Shown here: positions 27,245 to 36,164 of the stretch, piece by piece
Layout: every line of letters begins with the position of its first letter
How positions within the stretch are numbered: the first letter of the stretch is position 1
From: a virus
Taxonomy: Duplodnaviria > Caudoviricetes
IMG/VR virus record: IMGVR_UViG_3300037470_000663
Location: 1 to 56,870 of that record
Strand: one strand, 5' to 3'
DNA length: 56,870 nucleotides
The notes under the pieces: generated by a model
What the model was told of the DNA's origin: nothing
The model's input: only the letters and a program-made list of their open reading frames with translations
Database searches by the model: none
Made by a program: the position numbers and the translations under genes

Positions 27245-29499
27245 TAGCCCACCCCCATGTAACTATCCAGCCGCGCCCGCCGCCGCTCCTGCACCAGAGC
27301 GTTGGTCGTAGCGGCCGCTTCCAGGTTGTTGTTCACAATGCTGATCTGGCTGTTGTCGGTAAAGCCGCCGCCCAACAGCCCCTGTGCCTGACTGTTAGAA
27401 AAAGTCTGACCCCGCTCGCCGGGAATCATAAAGAGTTTGCCGCTGGACTGAATCATGCCAATCTCTGGCAGGTTGCCCTCGCCCACGCGGTAAAGACGGC
27501 CGCTGCCAAAAGTACCGCCCGTTGCCTGGGCTACGGCCGTTTGCCCGCTGCCGGGGGCGGTGGGCAGGGTGGGCAGCTGGCCTTCGGTCGTCATTTTGAT
27601 GACAAAATCGTGATGGGTGGGTAAACGGCCGAGTGTGTCAATCAGCGCGGCCGCTTCAGCGTTGGTGGTGCTCACGGCGCCGGTCTGCTCGTTGAAACTG
27701 ACCGTCATTTCGTTGATGTCGGTCACCGCCTGCTGCGCGGCATTCATGTAGCCTTGCAGGGACAGATCGCCTTTGGCGTACTGCTCACCCAGGTTTTTGA
27801 GTGTTTGCTCCAAGGCGACGCTCTTAATGACCGCTTCAGCCTGCACCGGTGTCAGTTCGCCGGTGGCTACTTTGAGGATGGCCAGCTGGGCGGCATCGGC
27901 CCCGGCGGCATCGGCCGCGCTAATCATGGCGCTGTTGACGGCGTCCTGGTTGATGGACAGCTGATTATTGACCGATACCAGCTCGCCGCTGATGCCCAGC
28001 AGCGGGGCCATGGTCTCTTGCAGGCGGGCCATCTCCTCTTGCTGGTCGGCAATCTTTTCGGCCCGCTCTTCATCGGTGAGGTTGGCCCCCTTCAGGCCAA
28101 TTTCGTAATCACGAACGGCCCGTGCCGACTTGTCGTAAGCGCTTTGCAGCCGTTCCAGGTCTTCGTTTTGTTCGGCCGTACGGCCGCCCACCGTTGCATA
28201 CTGCTGTTCCAGGCTAGCCAGGTCTTCGTTGTAAAATTTCAGCGCGCCGTCCGCCTCGCTAATGGCGGTGAAGATGTCGCCGGTTTGGGCGGCGAGGATG
28301 GCGCGCTGGGCGGCGGCTTCGGCATTGAGGCGGCTGGATTCGGCCAGCCGTTCGTTGGAATTGGTCAGCGCTTCGTTCCAGCGGCCCTGGGCAGTCGTGA
28401 CGTTCTGGGTGGAATCGAATAGCTTGTCTTCAAAGGCCGCCAGGTCGCCGCTGGCGTAGGCCATCTCTTCAAGTTCCTGCGTTGTCGGCCCCAGATTACC
28501 GCCCAGTTCCAGTATTCGCCGGTTGACGTTGCGCAGGGTGTCATCCTGCGCCAGGAACGCGGCGGCGGCCTCCGTTACTCGGGGTTCGACTTCTTGGTAT
28601 TGGGCGTTTAGGTCCCTGGTGTGTTCTGTCAGCGCGACCGTTCTATCCTCTACCCGCTGCAACACATCAGCGTACGCCTCGTTTGTTTCCGCATTCAGGC
28701 CACCCTCGCGCCGCGACTGAACGCTAAGATCGCGCCATTCGCGCCAGGTGATAATCCCGGCCTCGTAAGCGGCCGTCAGCTGCTTTTGCGCCTGGATGTC
28801 GCCAACGATTGCGCTTACAACCGGCCCGGCTATCTCCGCCGCGCCCTCTTTCATCATATTGACTAAATTAGTCCACTCAGACTCCAAAATTTGCATCTGC
28901 CCGGCCGTTGTCTGGCTGGCGTCCCCCAGCAGCGTCATTTTCTCCTCAAGGCCAATGATCACCGCCTCGTCAAAGGCATCGCCTTTGAACCCCTGCGCCT
29001 CCAATTCGGCCGCTTTCTGCGTGACGCCTTCAACAGACAGCCCCAGCGAGTCAAGCCGGGCCTTGCTGTTGTTCGCGAACGTCAATATCACCTGCTGCAT
29101 GTCCAGGCCAAGGGTGGAAACGGCCGTTGCCAGCCGCACGGTATCGGTTTCGTTTTGCGCCAGGCCGAGGGAAATAATGTCAGACGCACCAGCGATCAGC
29201 GCGGCATCAGATACCATGCCCTTGGTGGCGGCTTTCAATTTGCCCAGCAGGGCATCGCCCGTCGTGTTTATCGTGCTGGTGAGGTTGTCGAAACGGCCGC
29301 GGGCCGCTTCTAGCTCCGCCCCGGCCTTGATGTTGTCGTAAGCAATCTTGGCTCCGGCTGCGACGGTTTCAAACGCCTGTTTAGCCAGGCTAACTTTGCT
29401 GGCCAGTTCAGTCCACTTAAAGCCGGAATCCGGCGGTGGGGATGGGTCATCGCCAGTTTTTTTGGTGCGGATGAGGATTTCTAGATCGTAGGTTGTCAT
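27244..29499 (-). CDS. Tape measure protein
   Basis: 751-aa Ala-rich helical protein; C-terminal ATGG...YRVGE...PE motif. Confidence 0.88.
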   Translation of the reverse strand: MTTYDLEILIRTKKTGDDPSPPPDSGFKWTELASKVSLAKQAFETVAAGAKIAYDNIKAGAELEAARGRFDNLTSTINTTGDALLGKLKAATKGMVSDAALIAGASDIISLGLAQNETDTVRLATAVSTLGLDMQQVILTFANNSKARLDSLGLSVEGVTQKAAELEAQGFKGDAFDEAVIIGLEEKMTLLGDASQTTAGQMQILESEWTNLVNMMKEGAAEIAGPVVSAIVGDIQAQKQLTAAYEAGIITWREWRDLSVQSRREGGLNAETNEAYADVLQRVEDRTVALTEHTRDLNAQYQEVEPRVTEAAAAFLAQDDTLRNVNRRILELGGNLGPTTQELEEMAYASGDLAAFEDKLFDSTQNVTTAQGRWNEALTNSNERLAESSRLNAEAAAQRAILAAQTGDIFTAISEADGALKFYNEDLASLEQQYATVGGRTAEQNEDLERLQSAYDKSARAVRDYEIGLKGANLTDEERAEKIADQQEEMARLQETMAPLLGISGELVSVNNQLSINQDAVNSAMISAADAAGADAAQLAILKVATGELTPVQAEAVIKSVALEQTLKNLGEQYAKGDLSLQGYMNAAQQAVTDINEMTVSFNEQTGAVSTTNAEAAALIDTLGRLPTHHDFVIKMTTEGQLPTLPTAPGSGQTAVAQATGGTFGSGRLYRVGEGNLPEIGMIQSSGKLFMIPGERGQTFSNSQAQGLLGGGFTDNSQISIVNNNLEAAATTNALVQERRRARLDSYMGVG

Positions 29500-29930
29500 G
29501 GTATTAAACCCTCATAAATTTCAGTCATAAGGTCGTCGGCCTCTTTCTTGGCCTCTTTTTTACGCTTCTCCTCTGGCACTCTGAAGAGACGATCTGCTTT
29601 GGACACATAACTCATGGCCACCTGCGGGAATAAATTCCACCGCTTGTCGGCCAGTGGATCGGCGGCGAACGCCGCGAACGCAAACGGCCGTCTGAACTGC
29701 ATGTAACCCGCTGCGGCCGTTTCTGCTGGCTTGTGCAGCCAATCCGCTAAATGCCAGGCCCAGGGCAGCTCCGGCTCATCCGGATCGGGCCAGGCGGCGT
29801 CGGGCTGGCTGTAGTAGGCGGCCGTCAATAATTCATCGGGCGAATAGCGCACCCAGGAGGGAATCAACTCTCCGGGGTCGGTTCGTCCTTCCCGTTCCCG
29901 CTGGTGGACGTATTGGTAGTATTCGGCCAC
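29496..29930 (-). CDS. Tail assembly chaperone, frameshift extension (lambda T-like)
   Basis: In the -1 frame of the upstream ORF after the slippery site CCCAAAC. Confidence 0.7.
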   Translation of the reverse strand: MAEYYQYVHQREREGRTDPGELIPSWVRYSPDELLTAAYYSQPDAAWPDPDEPELPWAWHLADWLHKPAETAAAGYMQFRRPFAFAAFAADPLADKRWNLFPQVAMSYVSKADRLFRVPEEKRKKEAKKEADDLMTEIYEGLIP

Positions 29931-30355
29931 CAGCCAGCCAAGTTTGGGAGGTTCAGCGCCCTTGCCGTCGCGGGCGACGTGGCCTGAATGACGAGCCAGG
30001 CCAGCTCCACAGCCGGGAGCGACCGGCCGCTTTCATCGGCCACGTGCGCTTCATTGACGCCCTGCACATGCCACTGCTTTACCAGGTGTTGGCGGGCGGC
30101 GTAGTTCCACAGGTGCAGCATCCGCTCTTCTTGCCCGGCCGGGGCATTGAGCGTCATTTCCCAGAACTTCACAAATTGCGGCGAACTGAGATTCGTCACG
30201 ACGTAAATGCAGCCGGGATAGTCGGCGAGTGGACTGTCTACCCGGTCGCACCACTGCCCCTCGATGCGCTTGCGCTTCGGATATTCTTTGTCGTCGATGC
30301 TGGTTTCGTTGACGGCCGTTTCTTCAATAACGGCCGCGCCTTTCTTTTTAGTCAT
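29864..30355 (-). CDS. Tail assembly chaperone (lambda G-like)
   Basis: Between major tail and tape measure genes; contains the slippery heptamer. Confidence 0.72.
   Translation of the reverse strand: MTKKKGAAVIEETAVNETSIDDKEYPKRKRIEGQWCDRVDSPLADYPGCIYVVTNLSSPQFVKFWEMTLNAPAGQEERMLHLWNYAARQHLVKQWHVQGVNEAHVADESGRSLPAVELAWLVIQATSPATARALNLPNLAGWWPNTTNTSTSGNGKDEPTPES
29942..29948 (-). other. -1 ribosomal frameshift site C CCA AAC
   Basis: In-frame X XXY YYZ heptamer; a -1 slip reads KLGWLVAEYYQ into the downstream ORF. Confidence 0.75.
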
Positions 30356-30358
30356 GTT

Positions 30359-30883
30359 TTACCCGTGCGCCGCCCTTGAATGGCCGGAGCAGGCAAAGTA
30401 AACCTTCATCACCTCTGGGTCCACGGAATCGGCATCCACCTTGGGCAGGTCGTAGCCCAGCAGGCGGGGGGTGACCAGGGTGATTTCGATATGCGCCGCC
30501 GTACCGCCGGCCGGGGTACATTTCAACCCGCCAGGATCCTCATCATTATCCGAAAGAAGCATAAAGATTTCCACAGCTGCCAGGGTGTCGGTACCCCATT
30601 CGCCAGCCGCGCCACTGAAATAGTCATCGACCAGCGTCATCTCCCATAACTCCTCCTCTTGCACACGGCCGCTGCGGGTCACAATTGGCGTGACATCGCC
30701 GGTGACATTCATCCGGCTGACTGCCTTCTTTGGCGTGTTGGTGCGCATAAAATTGCGCACCGCGCCGTCGATAATGATAGATTCGGCCGTGGTCAGGCCG
30801 GTGACGGCCGTCACGTTGTCGGACGAGATGGTGACTTCAACTTCACCTAGATCACTTACATAAGCGTTGGCTGTTTTGGCCAT
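30359..30883 (-). CDS. Major tail (tube) protein
   Basis: Position upstream of the chaperones; size and composition fit. Confidence 0.65.
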   Translation of the reverse strand: MAKTANAYVSDLGEVEVTISSDNVTAVTGLTTAESIIIDGAVRNFMRTNTPKKAVSRMNVTGDVTPIVTRSGRVQEEELWEMTLVDDYFSGAAGEWGTDTLAAVEIFMLLSDNDEDPGGLKCTPAGGTAAHIEITLVTPRLLGYDLPKVDADSVDPEVMKVYFACSGHSRAAHG

Positions 30884-31212
30884 CAGGATTTACCCCCTTT
30901 TTTGCCTGGTTTGCCGTCGTCCGATTCTTCGCCGGGCGGCGGCACGATCTCGATCTTTTCAGGCTTAACGGCCGTTTCCGCAGCCTTAATTTCTTCTGGC
31001 GTGGCCAGGCGGATGTGACGGCCGTCGCGCAAATCTTTGTACTGCCGCCAATCCTCGATGTGCTCAAAGGTCACCACCTCGCCAGTGCCGGGGTCAATGT
31101 AGCGCTCGCCGGGCAGGCGGGAACGGTACTTAGTGCGCCGCAAAACCACGTGCGGCTGGGCCTTTTCTTCATTCAGTTTGGCCACGCCCTTGGGGATCGT
31201 GTTGTCGGTCAT
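30883..31212 (-). CDS. Hypothetical virion-region protein
   Basis: AAGGAG RBS; coupled to the next gene. Confidence 0.6.
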   Translation of the reverse strand: MTDNTIPKGVAKLNEEKAQPHVVLRRTKYRSRLPGERYIDPGTGEVVTFEHIEDWRQYKDLRDGRHIRLATPEEIKAAETAVKPEKIEIVPPPGEESDDGKPGKKGGKS

Positions 31213-31224
31213 CGTTATGTCTCC

Positions 31225-31698
31225 TTATTCTTCGTCGGGCATTGCGCCCAGAATCAAGCGAAAGGGCACATTGGCCCAGCGCAAATTCGGAATCTCAAAA
31301 GGGGAGGGCGGCCGTGTCGTCGGCGGCAGGTTTTTACGGTCTACCTTCAGCCAATAATCGGTACGGTAGGCCGCGCCCTCTTTGGAAATTAGATCAACGA
31401 GCTGATTTTCCAACGTGTTGAGCAGCTGCTCCGCATCACGCAGGGCATCCTCTGGGTCGGTGTTGCTTTCATCCACCTGCGCCCCAATGACGGCCGTGAT
31501 GTCGTAAGCGCCATACTGCCCGCCCAGAGTGCTGCCTGAGTCGTGCTGACCCTGGTAGCTCAGCGCCACCTCGACGGTCAGCTTATTTGGTAGCGTGCGG
31601 TAGTCGTAGACCTTTTTGGCGTAGGTGCTCACCAGGGCCGTATCCATGAGGCTCTTCAGCTGCGTCAGGCATTGGTTAATCGTCGCCACGGTGGCCAT
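31225..31698 (-). CDS. Tail terminator-like protein
   Basis: Position and size. Confidence 0.55.
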   Translation of the reverse strand: MATVATINQCLTQLKSLMDTALVSTYAKKVYDYRTLPNKLTVEVALSYQGQHDSGSTLGGQYGAYDITAVIGAQVDESNTDPEDALRDAEQLLNTLENQLVDLISKEGAAYRTDYWLKVDRKNLPPTTRPPSPFEIPNLRWANVPFRLILGAMPDEE

Positions 31699-32117
31699 TA
31701 GCCCAGCTCCTTGCGGTATTCGTCGTCAATCTCGCCAAAGAAACGCTCGCCGGCCGTGCTCAAAATCTGCGGTGCGTCCTGGCTGAATACAGCGTCAACC
31801 CAGGGATTGCGGCTGTGAACCGTGGGGCCGTAGTCGGCCGGGCTGCCGCCAAACACGGGATTTATTACAGACGGGTCGATGTCCACCCTACCCTGCTCGG
31901 CAAATACCTGCTCCCGCGTGGCGGCCGCCAATGTGCCGGTGAGCCGCGGGGCGCGCTGCTCCCAGCGCTGACCCAATTCGGTGGTGACAAAAGCCACCAT
32001 GCGGGTGGCGGCCGTATCACCGCTAAAGACCATCTGCCGGGTAGCGTTGTGATGCGCCCGGCGCAGGGCCTCCAGCTTTTTAAGCGATTTGGGATCAATC
32101 TCGACGTCGTAGGTCAT
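31698..32117 (-). CDS. Tail completion/neck protein (HK97 gp10-like)
   Basis: APRLTGTL motif; position. Confidence 0.6.
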   Translation of the reverse strand: MTYDVEIDPKSLKKLEALRRAHHNATRQMVFSGDTAATRMVAFVTTELGQRWEQRAPRLTGTLAAATREQVFAEQGRVDIDPSVINPVFGGSPADYGPTVHSRNPWVDAVFSQDAPQILSTAGERFFGEIDDEYRKELG

Positions 32118-32464
32118 CCGACCACCCCTTCATCTTCCAGCAGGAACTCGTAAAACTGCGGGCTGTCGGCCGGCACCTTCGTAATGCCGCGGATCCGGTA
32201 ATCGACGCCGCCGGTGACAAACCGATGTTGTCCCGTCACGGCGCTGCCAGGCACGGCCGTCATGGAGCGAAAGCCCTTGGTCGTGCTGGCCATGCCCGCC
32301 CGCTCCTTCTCTTCGGCGTCTAGCGCCTGGGGCGTGGTGCAAACCAGCGAGCTAATCACCGTCGTGCGGGCCGTGGGGTCGGTGCCGCTGGGAATGGCCT
32401 TGATTACGGCCGTGCTGTCCAGCAGGTGGCCCAGAGTTACGGGGGGGAAGAGGAAACTCATCAT
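32114..32464 (-). CDS. Head closure/head-tail adaptor
   Basis: GGVDYRIRGI motif; position. Confidence 0.6.
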   Translation of the reverse strand: MMSFLFPPVTLGHLLDSTAVIKAIPSGTDPTARTTVISSLVCTTPQALDAEEKERAGMASTTKGFRSMTAVPGSAVTGQHRFVTGGVDYRIRGITKVPADSPQFYEFLLEDEGVVG

Positions 32465-32883
32465 AGCCCGCGCCGCCCTTTAGCCACGGCAAACATGGTA
32501 GGTCTATGGGCATCCGTGCTGGCCGGTTCCAGCAGTCCAGCGATCTCATCTTCAGCCTGAGCCCGCAAATCCCGCGCCCGCTGTTCCCAGTCCATTCCTT
32601 TGCGCTGCCAATTAAGAAACTGGCCGCGCCCGGCCGTCAAAGCTGGTAGGGAGGGGGCCAGAAACGAGGCGGTGAGGAAGACGGCCGCATTGGTTACGGC
32701 CGTTTCGTCGTCACCGGTCAGCGTCGTGGCATCCGTCACCCGCGCCTCAACTTCACGCATCGCCTTGCCGCTGAAAATATCCAGGGCAATGGTGGCGTCG
32801 GGCAGGGAGTTGCTGTCCAGCGTCACGTCAAGCGCAGCGCGCACGGCGGGCCAGTCAGAGGAAGAGAGTAGGGGATCGGCCAT
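32461..32883 (-). CDS. Head-tail connector (adaptor) protein
   Basis: Helical, 140 aa; position. Confidence 0.55.
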   Translation of the reverse strand: MADPLLSSSDWPAVRAALDVTLDSNSLPDATIALDIFSGKAMREVEARVTDATTLTGDDETAVTNAAVFLTASFLAPSLPALTAGRGQFLNWQRKGMDWEQRARDLRAQAEDEIAGLLEPASTDAHRPTMFAVAKGRRGL

Positions 32884-32892
32884 TAATATTCC

Positions 32893-33435
32893 TTACGGCG
32901 TCCCAGCCACCCAGTAGTCGACGATGGTGCTATTGGTTGCATCGGTCACCCAATCGTCCTGTTCCACCGTCACGGTCAGCGTTTCGCTGGCAAACTCCAC
33001 CCAGCACAGCGCGCCATCGCCTGCACCGGTGGCCGGGGATTCACCCAGGGTGCAGCCAGCGGCCGTGATTGCCGTCAGACCGTGGGCGCTAGAGGTAATG
33101 ACCTCGGTGCCGGTAAAGGTGCTCTGGGTCACATAGATGGCCTCGGAGCTGTCGTCGATGAGCAGCGGGTACAAATCACCGCTGCCGAACGTCGTGGCCC
33201 CGGTCACGTCCATGGAGCCACCAACGACCAGGTCGTCGGAGAGCGTCAGGCTGTCGAAGTTGGTCACGCCGCGGGCGGTGGGCTCGTTGTCGTCGGCGGG
33301 CGCGGAGATGTAGCCCAGGGAAAGCAGGATCAAGGCTACGGCCGTGCCGATGGCGGTGAAGATTTGGATCACGCGCTCGGTGGTTGTCTGAGTGCTGATT
33401 AGCTCAGCGGTAAGTTCGGTTTCGTTTTCATTCAT
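32893..33435 (-). CDS. Membrane-anchored beta-rich protein
   Basis: TM segment IFTAIGTAVALILLSLGYI followed by an acidic beta-rich region. Confidence 0.6.
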   Translation of the reverse strand: MNENETELTAELISTQTTTERVIQIFTAIGTAVALILLSLGYISAPADDNEPTARGVTNFDSLTLSDDLVVGGSMDVTGATTFGSGDLYPLLIDDSSEAIYVTQSTFTGTEVITSSAHGLTAITAAGCTLGESPATGAGDGALCWVEFASETLTVTVEQDDWVTDATNSTIVDYWVAGTP

Positions 33436-34013
33436 TGCTTTTTGTCCTCATTCGGTAACAGGCACACAAACGATTTCAGCGTGGCCCTGTCATCGTCATC
33501 AAGCGGGAAGCTCATCAGCCGCAGCGTATCTTTGGCTCGCTCTAGCGCTTGGCCCGGGTCGTTGATACGGCCGTAATAGTGACGAAACAACCACATCAGC
33601 CGGTCGGCCTCGCCGTCCCACAGGGTGGGGCGGATACGGCCGTACGCTTCAGTCGTGGAGCCGATAAACGCTTTAGCCCCGTTGGCTAGAAACGTCCGGG
33701 CAATAAGCCCGCCGTCGTCGGCTGCCGAGAAACAAACCTCGGCAAAAACAACGGTGTCGGTCCAGTCGTGGGCGCTGACCTGCTCGGCCGTTAGCGCCGT
33801 GGGGCCAATCTTCTTGTCCCGCTGGCCGTAGTAGTGCGGCTGGTCCGGATAGCCGTGCAGATTCAGGTACACGATGTCGGCCTGCGCAGCCTGCACCAGG
33901 TGCGGCGTCATGTTTTCCGCCTCTTTCGACGGGCAGAGCAGCGGCTTCACGCCGCCGGCCGCTCTGGTCGCCATCACCCAATCGGCCGCGCAGTAGGCCC
34001 ACACCGTTGTCAT
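33432..34013 (-). CDS. Caspase/CHAT/gingipain-like (clan CD) peptidase-fold protein
   Basis: IVYLNLHG, VVFAEVCFSA, FLANGAKAFIGS, GQALERAK. Confidence 0.65.
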   Translation of the reverse strand: MTTVWAYCAADWVMATRAAGGVKPLLCPSKEAENMTPHLVQAAQADIVYLNLHGYPDQPHYYGQRDKKIGPTALTAEQVSAHDWTDTVVFAEVCFSAADDGGLIARTFLANGAKAFIGSTTEAYGRIRPTLWDGEADRLMWLFRHYYGRINDPGQALERAKDTLRLMSFPLDDDDRATLKSFVCLLPNEDKKQ

Positions 34014-34238
34014 TTACTTGCTGTCTTTACTGGCCGCTGCCGATTTCTTAGCCTCGACCTTCACCAGCCTACCTTCAGCAATCGCCTGCATGACACGGGA
34101 GGTTTCGGCCGCTTCGACCTCGGCGTCACCGGCCACATAAATTTCATCGTCAGGATGCTTGGGGTGCTTTTCCCACAGGGCTACGTCGTTGTTGCCCAAA
34201 CCGCTGGTCACAGTAATTGTTTTTGGTTTGTCAGCCAT
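34014..34238 (-). CDS. Small head-associated protein
   Basis: AAAGGA RBS; follows the capsid gene; AIAEGRLV motif. Confidence 0.6.
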   Translation of the reverse strand: MADKPKTITVTSGLGNNDVALWEKHPKHPDDEIYVAGDAEVEAAETSRVMQAIAEGRLVKVEAKKSAAASKDSK

Positions 34239-34262
34239 TGTTTATTTCCTTTTTTAGCCAGG

Positions 34263-34300
34263 TGCGTTCGCATGTGTTGGCGGAGCCAACAACAACGCCG
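34263..34300. repeat. 38-bp direct repeat, copy 1 (downstream of capsid gene)
   Basis: TGCGTTCGCATGTGTTGGCGGAGCCAACAACAACGCCG, identical to 35627..35664. Confidence 0.95.
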
Positions 34301-34356
34301 GCCGCTGGTGGGAATTTCGCACTAGACGTCCGTTTACCGGGCTTGATTAGCTAATC

Positions 34357-35571
34357 TTAAGAAGATACGTCCAGGATATGGGCCGCACCGGCGTCCATAA
34401 TGGCGTAGCCCTCTGTTTCGGTCATCGTCAGGCTTTGGATTTGTGACTTTGTGAACCGTTCCACCTCGGCAATATCCGCACCGATTTCAAAGACTCGCTC
34501 TACTGTCACCCGCGGGTCCCAGCCAACGATCTTGTCGGCTGGCGCGTCGCTGGTCCAGCCCAGCGGCACAGGGCCAGAGAATTCCTGGTTAATTGGCGTT
34601 ACGCCGCCGATGGGCATGTTGCCAAACGAAACAATGGGGTGATTGGCTGTGCCAGCTGACAACAACATGACCTGTAAGGCGATGGCTTTGGTGGCCAGGG
34701 CCACACCCAACATGTACGGGTTTTCAAACTCCATTTGGAAAGCAAGCCACCCCTCCAAGGTCAATGTTCCGGCCGTTGCGCCGGTGTCCAGCGTGGTCAG
34801 ATCATGGCTCTCAGCGCTGGTGTTGGCGTTGCCGTCACCGTTGACCACAATGTCAATCACGGTGGCGACTTTGTCCACCTCAGCCTGGATGGCCATCATT
34901 TGGATGAAAAGCGCGATCTTGTCCATGCGCTGGCGGCGCAGGACTTCATACGATGCATCCATAGAACGCCCGTACTTATACAGATTGACCGTGCGATCTG
35001 CGGTTGTCACTTTCATCGTTGGGATTAGCGCACTTTCACCTATGCGCACCATGCGGAAATTGGACTCGTTACCCGTTTGGTCAATGTAAGCGGCGCGGTA
35101 GGTGTCGCCATCGATGGGGGTGGTCAGGCCGACTAGTGCGGCCAGAGGAATGGCCGCCTGTAACTTCTTTTGCGCCCGCAGCATATCGGCCATAGCATAC
35201 GGCCGTTCCCATCCGCCGACGGTGTAGTCGTCGCTCAGAAAAGTGGCTCGCTGTTGCGGCGTCTGGTGCGCGGCCTTGCGGTACTGGCGTGCCCACCATT
35301 CGGGCAGCAGGGCGCGTTTGGCTTCGTTTTCATAAAAGCTCTCGAAGCGGTCGGCGTAACGGCCGTAAACCGGCTGTGAGACAGTCACGATATCGGCCGC
35401 TTGCAGCAGCCGTTCGTAACTATCCAGGTCGTCATCAAAGTCGGTTTCCATCACCGTGTCGAGGTAGGCACTCAGGCTCATGCCGCGTTTGTACGCCTCG
35501 CGGTACAGCTCCGGCCCGGCCTCGCCGAACCGTTCAAATAGTTCGTCGGGACGTAATTTTGTTTCGCTCAT
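34357..35571 (-). CDS. Major capsid protein (HK97 fold)
   Basis: IGESALIP...V.LYKYGR....SYEVLRR; 404 aa; follows protease and decoration genes. Confidence 0.88.
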   Translation of the reverse strand: MSETKLRPDELFERFGEAGPELYREAYKRGMSLSAYLDTVMETDFDDDLDSYERLLQAADIVTVSQPVYGRYADRFESFYENEAKRALLPEWWARQYRKAAHQTPQQRATFLSDDYTVGGWERPYAMADMLRAQKKLQAAIPLAALVGLTTPIDGDTYRAAYIDQTGNESNFRMVRIGESALIPTMKVTTADRTVNLYKYGRSMDASYEVLRRQRMDKIALFIQMMAIQAEVDKVATVIDIVVNGDGNANTSAESHDLTTLDTGATAGTLTLEGWLAFQMEFENPYMLGVALATKAIALQVMLLSAGTANHPIVSFGNMPIGGVTPINQEFSGPVPLGWTSDAPADKIVGWDPRVTVERVFEIGADIAEVERFTKSQIQSLTMTETEGYAIMDAGAAHILDVSS

Positions 35572-35626
35572 TGGTTTGTCTCCTTAATCGGGCCTGGTGC
35601 CAGAAGCGCCAACGGCCGTTTTCGTT

Positions 35627-35664
35627 TGCGTTCGCATGTGTTGGCGGAGCCAACAACAACGCCG
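35627..35664. repeat. 38-bp direct repeat, copy 2 (upstream of capsid gene)
   Basis: Identical to 34263..34300. Confidence 0.95.
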
Positions 35665-35670
35665 TTGCCT

Positions 35671-36102
35671 CTAGGGCAGGTTAACCACAACGGCCGTTGC
35701 GGTAGATGGATCAATAATGCTGCTGCCACCCATCACGCCCAGTTCGGCGGCGGTGGCGGTGGCCACTTCGCGGATGTAGCCCTCGGCGCTGACCAGCAGG
35801 TCGCCGACAATCGCCTTGCCACGGGTGAGGGTGGCACTGGTGCCACCGGGCAGCACGACGCCGTAGCCGCGCTCGATAACACACACGCCGTCGGCCTCTA
35901 CTTTGAGCAGCTTGCCGAAGACGTATTCGCCATCGGCGACCAGGGCGACCTCATCGTCAGTGGTCAACGTAACGGCCAGTCCAACCGAAGCGGAGCCATT
36001 GGCCTCTGTAGCGCTGTAGGTAATGGTGCTGTTATCGTAGGGCTTTGATACGTTGTAGGTTCGGATACCCTCATCTAATGTAATTGCTCTTGGATTTGCC
36101 AT
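35671..36102 (-). CDS. Capsid decoration/cement protein
   Basis: Gly/Val/Ala-rich, 143 aa, between scaffold and capsid genes. Confidence 0.7.
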   Translation of the reverse strand: MANPRAITLDEGIRTYNVSKPYDNSTITYSATEANGSASVGLAVTLTTDDEVALVADGEYVFGKLLKVEADGVCVIERGYGVVLPGGTSATLTRGKAIVGDLLVSAEGYIREVATATAAELGVMGGSSIIDPSTATAVVVNLP

Positions 36103-36164
36103 TTGAAATATCTCCTGTTGATACGGCCGCTTAACGCACGTTTGCGCGCAAACTGGCCAAACGT

